Positions 30,601-38,274 of a stretch of 38,274 nucleotides of DNA are shown here, piece by piece. The DNA is from a virus. Its lineage: Duplodnaviria > Caudoviricetes. The notes under the pieces are model-generated. The model had not been told where the DNA came from. It ran no database searches and saw nothing but the letters and a program-made list of their open reading frames with translations. The translations under genes were made by a program, and so were the position numbers. The stretch lies in the IMG/VR virus record IMGVR_UViG_3300020045_000442, positions 1 through 38,274 of that record; one strand, written 5' to 3'. Within the stretch, counting starts at the first letter, position 1; the number at the start of each line of letters is the position of its first letter.

Positions 30601-33600
30601 GTCCAGCAATAGGATGGTTATTATTTAATGGTGGAGATAATAAAAAAGTATTAGATGGATTTGCTATCTTTACAGACAGTCATAAAGATACCTTTACTAC
30701 TCACATGGCTAAAGAAGGTAGTGCAGATAATTATAATCTTATGGCTAAAGAAGTAGGTAAAAATAAAGTAATAGTTAATAATAAGATTGAAGAATTAACT
30801 AACTTTTTAAACCAAAATACTGTACTCAGATCAACTATATTTAGAATCAGATACTATGATAAAAAGAATAACACAGACTCTTTTAATGCTTGGTTCTATG
30901 AACAAGGTTTAGGAGATTTGTTTAATACAAATTCTTATGAATTTGGTTTACTACTTAATGTTATTGAAGAATCTAAAACACTTTCAGATACTGATGAAGG
31001 TAAGAAGAAAGCTATTTATAAAAAGAATTTACAACCTACACTAAATGCAATACATTCAATGGTAGGAGAAATAAATAGATCATTTGCTAAATTACCTTTA
31101 ATGACACTTATCTTTGGTTCAGGTATTAATAAGATTGCAAGTAATATTGGATATATTGCTATTGATTCTATGTATGAAAAGATTCAAAAGATTATTAGAA
31201 GTAAACCAAAGAATCAAGAAGAAACAGATGCACAAAGAATTTTACTTAAAGAAATTGAAGATAACATTATTGAGCTTACAGGCTATGATATTCCTTTACC
31301 TTTAAATGAAGATAAAGAAGAAGATGCTTCTCTTTATTCTAATTCTGTTGCAGAAGATTATGATACAACATTAGCTGCATATTCTATTGAAGCTCTTAAG
31401 AATTTTAAATTACCTACTTATGTAGAAAAGAAATTAGCTAAACAAATAGCTAATGTTTATGTACCTATTATTAGAGCTTCTGTTAATGCTAACTTTCAAA
31501 CATTTATTAATAATAGAAAAGCTATAAACCAAATATTTGATATAGGTAATACTGTTCTTAAAACATATATAGAACATGAAGTAAATCTTGTTCTTAAAGA
31601 TGGTTTAACTAAACAGAAGTTATTAGATATTTTTGAAAAAGCATTTAAGTTAATGCCTTCAATGAAAGTACCTAATTTTGATGGTACTGAGAGAGAGATA
31701 TTCTATTGGAATAAAGATGAATCTAGTTCTACTATGCCTGAGTTTAAGGTACAAGTAAAACATAAGAAGAATAAAGAAATACTGTCTTTTTCTTATTTAG
31801 ATGATAAAGGTGAAGTACATACAAGTAAGTCAGTAACTCTTAATAGCTCAACTGATACAGGACATGCAGTAGGAGTATTACTTGAAGCTATAGGCGTAAG
31901 AACACCCATTATGACTATTCACTATACAGATTCTTTACCTATTAAAGATGTAATGAATAGTAACTTAATATCTACTATGGTTCATGATGCTAGAATTGGT
32001 GCAGCAAATACTTCTGATGAAGGAAGTTATTTGATGAATAAGAAGTTACTTGAAAGTATTAATCTACTTAATCCATTTAAACAAGCAACAGATTATCTAC
32101 AACAAGTATTTGATAACTTACCTAGAGGAGATGATAAGTTATCTAATAAATTAAAAGATGCTTTAGAGAAACCTTTAAAAGAAGCATTTAAGAATAAACA
32201 AACTGTACCTCATGTACAACAAGGTAAAAGAAAGGTAAGTCCATTAATCTATAGTAAAGAAAATTCTGGTAAACAATTTAAAGATTATTTAGGTTATCTT
32301 GGTGATTGGGTAAAATACCAAACAGGTGTAAAAAATGAGATAGCTAAGTCTATTAAAGCATTTGGTAACTATGGTGGTAATGCTACATTTAAACCTCAAA
32401 TGGTTGAAGCTGTTAAACAAGACAATTTCAGAGAATTAGTTGCAGAAGAATTTAAAGATGTTCTAAAGAATAATTCTTTAGGTAAAGGAAATAAACCATT
32501 AAATGATATAACAGATAAGCTTGTAAATCTTTATACACAGGTAAATATTGTAGAAACACTACAAGAGTTTATTAATAGAATAGATACCCTTGGTTTATCT
32601 ATTGAGCAATTCAAACAACACCAAACCAATATTGAAAATAAAATATTAGGTACTTCCAAACAAGAAACTAAACCAAGTGGATCTAATAAAGAAGCAGTAA
32701 CTACTTCAACAATACAAACTAATAAAAATAATAAACCTCTTGGTTCAACACCAAATGCTGAAGATTTACTTACCGAGAAAGCAGATTTAATAAAAGATGT
32801 CAAAGCAGATAATATTGTAGCTGTATCAGATTCATTACCACAAGATAAAGATCCTGTACATAGAGAGTTTTTAAGAAACTTTGTATCTCAAGTAATTGCT
32901 CCTGTAGTAGAAGCAACTGAATTATTATTATTTAATAAAGCTACATATACCTATGGACAATACTCTGTTGAGTTAAAGAAAGTAGCTATTAACTTAGGTC
33001 AAGCATTACAAGAACAGTATTCTCCTTTCAAGATGTCTGCTCAAGAAGTATTTGCTCATGAGTTCTCCCACGCTGTTGTATTTGCTGCTTGGTTATTACC
33101 TAAAAATAATATCTTAAGAAATAAAATAGAGAAGTTGTTTTTTGATGTAAGAAGAGAATTCAATAAAGCGTTAGTTTTAGATCCTTCCTTAGAAAAATGG
33201 AATTATGTATTTAATAATGAAGATTCTATTGAAATGGATAAAAGTGTTAATTCATTAGGTAATATTGAAACTGTTAAACATAATAGAGGTATTCAGGAAT
33301 TTATAGCATTCGGTACTACTAACAAAGAATTTAGAGACTTGGTTAAAAGACTTCAACCTAAACAATTAAAGGTAAACCAAGTATATGAATCATCTAGTTC
33401 AGATGTAATAAGAGAAGCATCATGGCTTGAGTTGATAACTAATGTATTTAAAAGAGCATTAGATTCATTTATGAGAATAGCTAATGGAACAAATAGTACA
33501 GAACCATTAACCATATTTGATAAGAATGTAAGAGCTATCTTAGCTGCTAATAACAGTAAACCTTATTTAGATACAACGTTGGTTGTTGATACTATTGATT

Positions 33601-36227
33601 CTAAAGGATCTGAATTATTAGGTACTTTAATTAAGAAAGGACTTAAAGTCGTTTCTAAAGGAGGAAGCTCAAAACATATATTTATTAGAGATGTATCTAA
33701 CTTTGTGAATGATTTACCTAAGATAGAAGGATTTGAATCTAATAAAGTATTTAGAGATTTAACTAAGCTTATTAGCAACAAGACAGCTAGAGAGTTTGTA
33801 CACGATTTACAAAAAGATATTGTTGATGTAACTAAGTACAATAAACCAATAACTAATATTACTATCGAAGAAAAGAATAACGATGCTAAACGTAATAGTG
33901 CTATTGATGCTGATGAGTTAGCTTGGAATACAAGAGTATCTCTTAATGCTAAACAAGATAAAGCTTATGAAAATGGGATAGTTAGAGCAGATGCTGTAAG
34001 TGTTCTTGATGCTTATGGTATAGATAAATTAATTGAATTCTATAAAGATAAAGCTTCTCTAAAAAGAGAGATTACTTCTATTAAGAATCAAATACCTCAT
34101 CTGAATAGTAAAGCACTAAACCTAGCTAGTCTAATGCTTCATGGTTCAAACTGGTTTAATGGATTAACTGAACACAATGCTGCACTCATAGCTAAAGCAG
34201 GTAGAAATATACCTCAAGATAAGTATCAAAAAGAGATGGATTTAGTAACTAAACTAAGTAGATTATATGTTATTGGTTTACAAGATGAAAATCAAGTAAA
34301 GCTTATAGTTGATTTGTTAGAATCTAATCCTGAAGGTATGAAAGCTAACTTTGATACACTAAGAGAATTAAAGAAACAAGAATTAACTGAAAGAACCCCT
34401 CTTACTATTATTGATGGTGATACGCATCAAACTTATGACCCTCATAAAACTATATTCTTAGGTACTGAAGAAGATGCAGAAGAGTTATCTAATTGGAATG
34501 CTAAAGTAATTGGTAACTTTGAAAGAGATCCTAATGATCCTTTAACTACTAAAGGTGTACTCTATTTAGTTGAGGTTAAAACAGTATCTGATTGGCAATC
34601 TCAAGCAATGGCATTTGCTGATATTAATATTGATTCTACTAATTGGCACTCAGGTTTGACTAAGACAAATAGATTTAATGAATCAGAAAATAGAGAAAAA
34701 GCTGATTTACCTACTTCAGAAGTTAAAACTAAAAATACTATCTTTACTAAGAATAAGTCTATTGTATCAAGAGTAGCTACATATAATGCTCAGGGTAAAA
34801 TAATTAAGTATACTTATGTTCTTAATAATGAAACTAAGGAAAAGTATCTTAATCCAAGAAAGAATATTTATAGAGATATTGCTGCTAAGAAGAATGGAAT
34901 TCCTTATAGAACTAAAACTAAAGAATTAAACCATAAGCTAGTAGATGCACTACATAAGTATTGGAAAGAGTTAGGACATGATGCTAGATCAGATATGAAG
35001 TTTGTTGGTTCAGAAGGTGAATATAAAGATTTATGGAACATGATACCTACTGAAACTAAAGCTTATATTGAAACTAAATTTGGTACTGAAAAAGGATTTT
35101 ATATGGTAGAAGAGGAGATAAAGGAAGTATTTGGATACAGAAAGCAATCTATTACTAACTGGATTAAACCTGCACAAGAGGCACAGTTAAGGAAGACTAA
35201 AGGTAACATGATATACGAACAAGCTAAGAGATTTGGTTTAAACCAAGCTAACTTAAAAGCTATTGAGACTATATGGATTGAAGGTATAGCACTTGCTAAA
35301 GATACTATTGTTGTGAAGGGTATATTTGTATCAGCAGCGAATGATTCAAGTAACTTCATGACAGCTAAATTAGCTGGTGTACCTGTTGGATTTTATATTA
35401 AGACTAAGATAGCTGCTATGAGAGCAGAACAAGCTTATAGAAGAGATTCTCATGCTTATATGACTCATTTGAGTCTTGCTTTTGGTAATCCAAAATATAT
35501 AACAAAAGAGATAGCTTTAGAGATGAAGAATCTTGAAGCAAGTATTTCGACTAATGAAATAGGTTATTTACATGAAGAAGGTTTAGCTACTACAGTAGCA
35601 GAAGAAGGTTCTTATAAAGATAAACATCAAACCATGTTATTTAATAAGACTGAGAGAGCTAGAAGGATATTTGATAAGTTACCTAAATTAGCTAAGGATA
35701 CTCTTAAAATAGTTTCAATGAGTGAAGGTACTAAAGTATATAAGCTATTAGATGAAATAGCACAAATGGGTGATATTACATCACGTCATGCACTAATTAT
35801 GTGGGAAGCAGAGAAAGCTAGATTAGCTGGAAAGGACTTTGATCAGAATAAAGCTATTGATTTAGCTAAGTTCTTATTTATTCAATATCATACAGTTACT
35901 AATGAATTGGTTCAGTATGGTAATGATATTGGTTTGTTGATGTTCTCTAAATTTGCTGTTAAGACACTTAAAGTATTAACTTACATGGTAGGGCATCATG
36001 CTGCTAGATTAGCTGCATTGGGTATATTTGAAGAGATATTTGGTGCTACTGAATGGATATGGCATACAGGTCTAAACAAGTTATCTAACCCATTTGAATC
36101 AATGTTATCTATATGGAATAGTAACTTCTTTGTTAATACATTCTTAAGTGATAATAACCCTATAGACAGGGAATTGTTTACTGGTGCTAGTAAACTGGTT
36201 AATAGATTTAGTCTAGGTATAGCCTAA
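24675..36227 (+). CDS. Virion-encapsidated RNA polymerase (N4 gp50-like), 3850 aa
   Basis: Single-subunit RNAP motifs: KQGRVG, motif A EDDGITNG, motif B RSFAKLPLMTLIFGSG, motif C VHDA; HEFSH zincin motif; no Cys seen; size and synteny. Confidence 0.95.
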   Translation: MSTFNGSTFNGSSFEDTATPIVQQKKLSLLDSVFNKRNELGFSSANLKDRSVEALDADTVRINPSITDKAYDPFVKPVDVRLKSNNFGESFNAYETSHGNENDPEVAARLQKQKDTINNELLHGWFNSATNQDVYDRGNAGKQVLADKLKAVNEGKTGLDFALGERDMYNRTLGDMKLSNENTSVIDSMNTPEINSAYDTPYNFAKQNKDTATLGQAAEDTGRLLLTGFEGIGSALGYGLEKTGIAPELGKQIQDEHFKHDEMLRGNLSDPVKQASQEPLLDANNNLNPNFGWTSLATNVIPSIPGSVAMGGAGGVLAKALGTGAKAVLGAETTASKLLTSGLGFGSSEGVFSAAQNADQWGQEQRQKPVDEFKNSPLWNKTLAKNKGNEEATKEELINQGQSDIFKDTAITTGALSGLPGMAGGMYGKLFDAATSGTKISAKGAFINALKGMGEEAAQEYPQSLFERRTTNQATKDYIDPNQDVSEGQWNDAAVGGLSGFAMGAMGAGGHIASIDRTKTPTVEPTPSEVDKEPTIDSETASKAILDRYSNDANTSTLDTADVVLNQGIKDFPYDAQLSDKKAVLAHLQTIKDKTPAESKEFQDLSTKVILEDKFQEMFKGVTKADIADNTVDELEEFFTTLVGTDKVGTTLFNDIGRTKDKTTLGLLSKVSSIKAKEYANSTTANDPYVLAVSGIETKNLPEDSSKVFSGIMRGDYQDLNQGLLLLSSHVEDIKGTEEQKNTGISALTKTISKVYSDKVNITSDTERTVKQALNTINGLVTKKGTITIEPSDTLEQIHNKILPTFGSTPVINNGNAQATALVNSNNKLATALKSTSDVSKDKLDGKGLLLSFREHIQIINFLLANNAHKSAVDMRVKAMANWIQYDATRNELFQELADKGLNTAERNRLEKDLEILQRKGNPFTDNISLTYTSGSKELAKQLKLESEIMSAALADTQDQVNTHFSVTPQATTQPVNTQIGKGLITKTTSAKIQASKNKTIPIPQSTSQTDENALNSTNITVEQTVKDYLDKIFKNINPKLAKALSDIIKTNTDNINLELDVEKFLHGFNKRIGLETDTMYQKGLQARNSTQGKKLQLLNKVPKPSKIKESFYDTHTLIQVIAKLGGLTEESVNEISDKGKSGRWFKKANTKSKVQPMALQEMVEALQAVHFSQITDSKELLKYIENELRGVSEDLARSDRGHELYAEQKLSDEFDFQTQQYILKVEQLLNDLENTPWLLEVLNKLGNKEDIDLNYYQDLINENNSRTEEASRTGSTEEIPTEATSIDVESSTSTEISKPEEVITSKDKTPIVVSQELTEASLNDNQIKDLLEVPLPPEDIKNYSELINRVYFPFSSEEQLKSIKMFFFANALKSKIPEAKARFLYLQELATNTKDTINETFELPIWRFDIIRPYSLTHKWKDGKLVPKTREVTLSLTNKVKKFFSDLFSIKDDNLFNRIPNLLEYFQQNKLVNNDSLIAITKFHDNFVKAFEANDNPAILKESLSDNAASSLFIYDIKKGTHLEPNALFALSIGSIQFLQTALSTVYNDDDAIRSIVGLKEGDHLPAYVRDLLSDKGSVANIMKNQLGASLSKLMGVTYKPEATIPQIEGFEASLGAYALRTLIDMKLLEETQIEKSTINAMKNQFEEGTLPGNQKTQDIINKLYIGATTFVRVAAQKNIETGRPEVKSEIKELLDAIKPASKELDELLNTSFSEALPSGSKTSLKELKKWLSKTWQGSNAEYTEAEYKALKKYNDTVYTAETKAMNAALVLDEEFIKQIALGERYTDVVQKHFEKTRAGKELQADNEYKYLMDSFNVFKEHGSLYFLSKFWKQGRVGMEKGPQNSKMMRWLFAPKGVEYEVDLANKESSKFFKLAVVAAFGTKIDQISDIALNEKFDALLETYKDVLEDYSKTKGYIENVTQEMKDTLLDAVYAGKEGFHSYAGLLELAHYNENKAKGKFTSQLMREDDGITNGPAIGWLLFNGGDNKKVLDGFAIFTDSHKDTFTTHMAKEGSADNYNLMAKEVGKNKVIVNNKIEELTNFLNQNTVLRSTIFRIRYYDKKNNTDSFNAWFYEQGLGDLFNTNSYEFGLLLNVIEESKTLSDTDEGKKKAIYKKNLQPTLNAIHSMVGEINRSFAKLPLMTLIFGSGINKIASNIGYIAIDSMYEKIQKIIRSKPKNQEETDAQRILLKEIEDNIIELTGYDIPLPLNEDKEEDASLYSNSVAEDYDTTLAAYSIEALKNFKLPTYVEKKLAKQIANVYVPIIRASVNANFQTFINNRKAINQIFDIGNTVLKTYIEHEVNLVLKDGLTKQKLLDIFEKAFKLMPSMKVPNFDGTEREIFYWNKDESSSTMPEFKVQVKHKKNKEILSFSYLDDKGEVHTSKSVTLNSSTDTGHAVGVLLEAIGVRTPIMTIHYTDSLPIKDVMNSNLISTMVHDARIGAANTSDEGSYLMNKKLLESINLLNPFKQATDYLQQVFDNLPRGDDKLSNKLKDALEKPLKEAFKNKQTVPHVQQGKRKVSPLIYSKENSGKQFKDYLGYLGDWVKYQTGVKNEIAKSIKAFGNYGGNATFKPQMVEAVKQDNFRELVAEEFKDVLKNNSLGKGNKPLNDITDKLVNLYTQVNIVETLQEFINRIDTLGLSIEQFKQHQTNIENKILGTSKQETKPSGSNKEAVTTSTIQTNKNNKPLGSTPNAEDLLTEKADLIKDVKADNIVAVSDSLPQDKDPVHREFLRNFVSQVIAPVVEATELLLFNKATYTYGQYSVELKKVAINLGQALQEQYSPFKMSAQEVFAHEFSHAVVFAAWLLPKNNILRNKIEKLFFDVRREFNKALVLDPSLEKWNYVFNNEDSIEMDKSVNSLGNIETVKHNRGIQEFIAFGTTNKEFRDLVKRLQPKQLKVNQVYESSSSDVIREASWLELITNVFKRALDSFMRIANGTNSTEPLTIFDKNVRAILAANNSKPYLDTTLVVDTIDSKGSELLGTLIKKGLKVVSKGGSSKHIFIRDVSNFVNDLPKIEGFESNKVFRDLTKLISNKTAREFVHDLQKDIVDVTKYNKPITNITIEEKNNDAKRNSAIDADELAWNTRVSLNAKQDKAYENGIVRADAVSVLDAYGIDKLIEFYKDKASLKREITSIKNQIPHLNSKALNLASLMLHGSNWFNGLTEHNAALIAKAGRNIPQDKYQKEMDLVTKLSRLYVIGLQDENQVKLIVDLLESNPEGMKANFDTLRELKKQELTERTPLTIIDGDTHQTYDPHKTIFLGTEEDAEELSNWNAKVIGNFERDPNDPLTTKGVLYLVEVKTVSDWQSQAMAFADINIDSTNWHSGLTKTNRFNESENREKADLPTSEVKTKNTIFTKNKSIVSRVATYNAQGKIIKYTYVLNNETKEKYLNPRKNIYRDIAAKKNGIPYRTKTKELNHKLVDALHKYWKELGHDARSDMKFVGSEGEYKDLWNMIPTETKAYIETKFGTEKGFYMVEEEIKEVFGYRKQSITNWIKPAQEAQLRKTKGNMIYEQAKRFGLNQANLKAIETIWIEGIALAKDTIVVKGIFVSAANDSSNFMTAKLAGVPVGFYIKTKIAAMRAEQAYRRDSHAYMTHLSLAFGNPKYITKEIALEMKNLEASISTNEIGYLHEEGLATTVAEEGSYKDKHQTMLFNKTERARRIFDKLPKLAKDTLKIVSMSEGTKVYKLLDEIAQMGDITSRHALIMWEAEKARLAGKDFDQNKAIDLAKFLFIQYHTVTNELVQYGNDIGLLMFSKFAVKTLKVLTYMVGHHAARLAALGIFEEIFGATEWIWHTGLNKLSNPFESMLSIWNSNFFVNTFLSDNNPIDRELFTGASKLVNRFSLGIA

Positions 36228-36246
36228 ATCGTCACGAGGATTCGAT

Positions 36247-36498
36247 TTAAGAGGGGTAATATGTTAGAGCTATACAAAATGTTATGTATAGCTCTTTAAG
36301 AAGCTTATTCTGTTTAAAAAACTTAGTTCTATTTTTAGATATTCCATTTCCTATTTCCATACATAAGCCTGTCTTTTGTTGCTTAAGCTTTTCAAGATAC
36401 TTTTTATATTCTTGATTATCAGGATGTTTCTTAATGAGTTTTTCTGTAAAAGCAAGCCATGTACTAATATTCTTTATTTTGGTGTAAATTTTCATCAT
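36247..36498 (-). CDS. Hypothetical basic protein (83 aa)
   Basis: ORF with AAGGAAG upstream, overlapping the 3' end of the RepL-like gene by 35 nt; may be spurious. Confidence 0.4.
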   Translation of the reverse strand: MMKIYTKIKNISTWLAFTEKLIKKHPDNQEYKKYLEKLKQQKTGLCMEIGNGISKNRTKFFKQNKLLKELYITFCIALTYYPS

Positions 36499-37015
36499 CT
36501 TCCTTCATAACAGTATTTACAACGATTTCTTTACCTAATGCGGAATATTTCATTGTAAGTTCTATGTATTCAATACGCTGTTTCTGTACTTCAAACCAAG
36601 CTCCTTTAGCGAAGTAATGTGGGTTAAGTTGATACATCCCTGTATCAATTCTAAACAAGATATTCTTTTTAATTAACTGGCTTATATTATTAGCAAAAGA
36701 TTGTGGTTTAATACCAAGTTCTTTAACAATAACTTTCTTGTCTCCAGCAGATATTGAAATTGTACCTGTGTAATTTACACGTTTAACAAGTTCCCACAAT
36801 AACTCACTACAACTATGTTGTAACTTAGCTAAGTCACTTAAATCATCAATATAGAGTTTCACAAAATTAGGTTCTCTTTCAAGTTTGCTTACACTATGAG
36901 AAATTGTTTTATGAACTTCTCCTGTTTCAAAATCTACATGAGTGTCGGTTTGTTGGTAAATATTAGTTTTCAAAAGCATACTCCAATTAGATGTATAAAC
37001 AGTATATAAATACAT
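36464..37015 (-). CDS. RepL-like winged-helix replication/DNA-binding protein
   Basis: VDFETGEV, EPNFVKLYI, helix-turn-helix IVKELGIKPQSFANNISQLIKKNIL and G.YQLNP.YF.KG match the plasmid RepL-type family; start may be 36979. Confidence 0.8.
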   Translation of the reverse strand: MYLYTVYTSNWSMLLKTNIYQQTDTHVDFETGEVHKTISHSVSKLEREPNFVKLYIDDLSDLAKLQHSCSELLWELVKRVNYTGTISISAGDKKVIVKELGIKPQSFANNISQLIKKNILFRIDTGMYQLNPHYFAKGAWFEVQKQRIEYIELTMKYSALGKEIVVNTVMKEDDENLHQNKEY

Positions 37016-37026
37016 ACTCTAATGAA

Positions 37027-37056
37027 AGTATAACACATAAGCTGAGAGCTTATCAA
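37027..37056 (-). promoter_or_regulatory. Sigma70-type promoter for the RepL-like gene
   Basis: TTGATA (37056-37051)-18 nt-TATACT (37032-37027) with TGn extended -10; overlaps first 22-nt repeat. Confidence 0.65.
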
Positions 37057-37102
37057 GTATAAGATGGGAGCTTATAAGTTATAAGCCTAGGGCGTATTAA
37101 CT
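37037..37102. repeat. Three imperfect tandem 22-nt repeats (iteron-like)
   Basis: ATAAGCTGAGAGCTTATCAAGT / ATAAGATGGGAGCTTATAAGTT / ATAAGCCTAGGGCGTATTAACT. Confidence 0.8.
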
Positions 37103-37235
37103 AAGGAAGATTTTCCATATAAATCAAAGACTTAAATGAATGCTCTCTTCTATTATTTTTAGGTAGATTTTTGATTGTGTGCTTCGCACTTGCAAGACTG
37201 GATTTCATCCAGTCTCACGACCCAATCTAATATGG

Positions 37236-37529
37236 TTACTTTAATTTATTCTCCTGTTGAATTTCAGTGAATACTATCTCTACTTCAGTAGATGGTGGTA
37301 ATGGTAATGGTTGCCAGTGAGTAGGAATTATTGTAAAACCTTCTGAATCATACTCATATCTATATTTCATAGGTTCATCTTCCCAACACTTTGAAGCAAT
37401 ACATCTAGCTATTACAATGTTACCTTTATTATCACAACATAGTATTTTAGGTGTATCAAAATCCCACTCTTCTGTAGGTAATATATAAGTATCGATGGAT
37501 CGCCAATATTGTTGATTAGTATTCCTCAT
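37236..37529 (-). CDS. DUF551-like phage protein
   Basis: N-terminal W.SI...LP and C-terminal PTHWQPLPLPP; AAGGA RBS. Confidence 0.8.
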   Translation of the reverse strand: MRNTNQQYWRSIDTYILPTEEWDFDTPKILCCDNKGNIVIARCIASKCWEDEPMKYRYEYDSEGFTIIPTHWQPLPLPPSTEVEIVFTEIQQENKLK

Positions 37530-37648
37530 TTGCTATCCTTAACAATGCTTGTTGTAGTCTAAGATCTGTCTATTCATATGCAGTATCAATAATATATTAC
37601 TTTTTAAAACCAGTATAAGCCTTTGCAGCATCTAATTCAGTTAAAAAT

Positions 37649-37678
37649 GAGCCAATACACTTTAAAGTGTATTGGCTC
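37649..37678. terminator. Perfect 30-bp palindrome, probable terminator for - strand transcripts
   Basis: GAGCCAATACACTTTAAAGTGTATTGGCTC, followed on the - strand by ATTTTT, just after the stop at 37688. Confidence 0.7.
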
Positions 37679-37687
37679 TATGTAGAC

Positions 37688-37852
37688 TTAATTAGAAGAT
37701 TCTTCTTCTTCGTCTTTCATTCCAATCATTAAAGCAATAATCCATATCATGCCTAAACCAAGTACAACTGGAATTACTACAGCTCCAACAGCAAATAGAA
37801 TAAATCCTATTACTACAATTGCTGTTGCTTTTAAGATGTCAGTAAAACTCAT
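37688..37852 (-). CDS. 54-aa membrane protein
   Basis: Translated by hand: MSFTDILKATAIVVIGFILFAVGAVVIPVVLGLGMIWIIALMIGMKDEEEESSN; starts 3 nt after the upstream stop. Confidence 0.75.
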   Translation of the reverse strand: MSFTDILKATAIVVIGFILFAVGAVVIPVVLGLGMIWIIALMIGMKDEEEESSN

Positions 37853-37855
37853 AGA

Positions 37856-38146
37856 TTAACCGAATACTTCTAAATCATCATCAATCTCAGGTTCTAATTC
37901 TACAGGTACACCTCCATCTTCTAAATCAAGATTACCATCTTTTAGATCCTGAATTACTTGATCATAAGTATCAGATACTTCTTTATGGGGTTCTAATGCA
38001 ATAGTTGCATATAGTTCTCTATCACCTCTTGTAGCCATAACTTCTACTGTTGCTACCACACCATCTAATCTTACACCATGCTTTTCAGCATATTCTAAGA
38101 TTGCTTGATTAACTTCTTGTTTGTTTAAACTAACCGTTTGTTGCAT
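37856..38146 (-). CDS. Conserved N4-like hypothetical protein with acidic tail
   Basis: AGGAG RBS; L...EV..AI..Y....G...VE..ATRG....A.I pattern and acidic C-terminus ending VFG resemble genes at the end of N4-like replication modules. Confidence 0.75.
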   Translation of the reverse strand: MQQTVSLNKQEVNQAILEYAEKHGVRLDGVVATVEVMATRGDRELYATIALEPHKEVSDTYDQVIQDLKDGNLDLEDGGVPVELEPEIDDDLEVFG

Positions 38147-38147
38147 A

Positions 38148-38273
38148 TTATTCTCCTAAAAATAAACCTGTGTTACAGAAATGAACTAATGACTCTAACA
38201 TTAATTCTTCTGAATATTTAATTACTTCAAGACATTCTTCAAGTGTTTCTTGAATACTTTGTGTAATGAATTC
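38148..38273 (-). CDS. C-terminal part of a hypothetical protein entering from outside the window
   Basis: Open frame EFITQSIQETLEEC...GLFLGE ending 1 nt before the next ATG. Confidence 0.6.
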   Translation of the reverse strand, partial: EFITQSIQETLEECLEVIKYSEELMLESLVHFCNTGLFLGE

Positions 38274-38274
38274 T

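Noticed and set aside
3735-35359. Antisense and alternate-frame ORFs in the track (e.g. 3735-4013, 5383-5610, 7500-7697, 13396-13725, 14543-14903, 19361-19600, 29669-30037, 31114-31305, 33563-33841, 35099-35359)
   Set aside because: They are shadows of well-supported genes, with no motifs and the biased composition expected from AT-rich codon usage.
930-36260. Short dispersed look-alike motifs (ACGAGGAT at ~944 and ~36234; AATCGACTC at ~18438 and ~26279)
   Set aside because: Only 8-9 nt and two copies each; cannot be distinguished from chance without a genome-wide count.
37179-37189. GTGC-GAA-GCAC as a vRNAP promoter
   Set aside because: Flanking bases do not fit the recalled N4 consensus and it would fire antisense to local genes; kept only as part of the origin-like cassette.
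1-38274. tRNA genes or stop-codon reassignment
   Set aside because: No cloverleaf with a T-loop consensus seen in the intergenic gaps; core genes are intact in the standard code and TAA, TAG and TGA all end genes.

Overview
AT-rich segment of an N4-like phage (Schitoviridae-type) genome. Positions ~1205-36227 on the + strand carry the complete late/virion module in near-N4 order: GH24 endolysin, small ORFs, gp69-like small terminase, an inserted tail-fibre cassette, a terminase large subunit interrupted by an Ala-starting LAGLIDADG intein, adaptor, tail proteins, portal, scaffold-like gp57, a major capsid protein with a ~99-aa insertion, gp55/54/53-like proteins, two Cys-free ejection proteins and a 3850-aa virion RNA polymerase. 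The left end (1-920) holds small - strand genes separated by repeated terminator/promoter/palindrome units and diverges from the late genes, so the physical genome ends probably meet at ~921-1200. The right end holds converging - strand genes, including a RepL-like winged-helix gene preceded by three 22-nt repeats and two GAA-loop hairpins (a plasmid-origin-like cassette). Highlights: a natural Tyr->Phe change in vRNAP motif B, an SNase-like domain at the vRNAP N-terminus, an apparently overprinted ORF inside vRNAP, an attenuator-like element after the capsid gene, and the Rep/iteron cassette. All family assignments are from motif recognition by eye; no searches were run.
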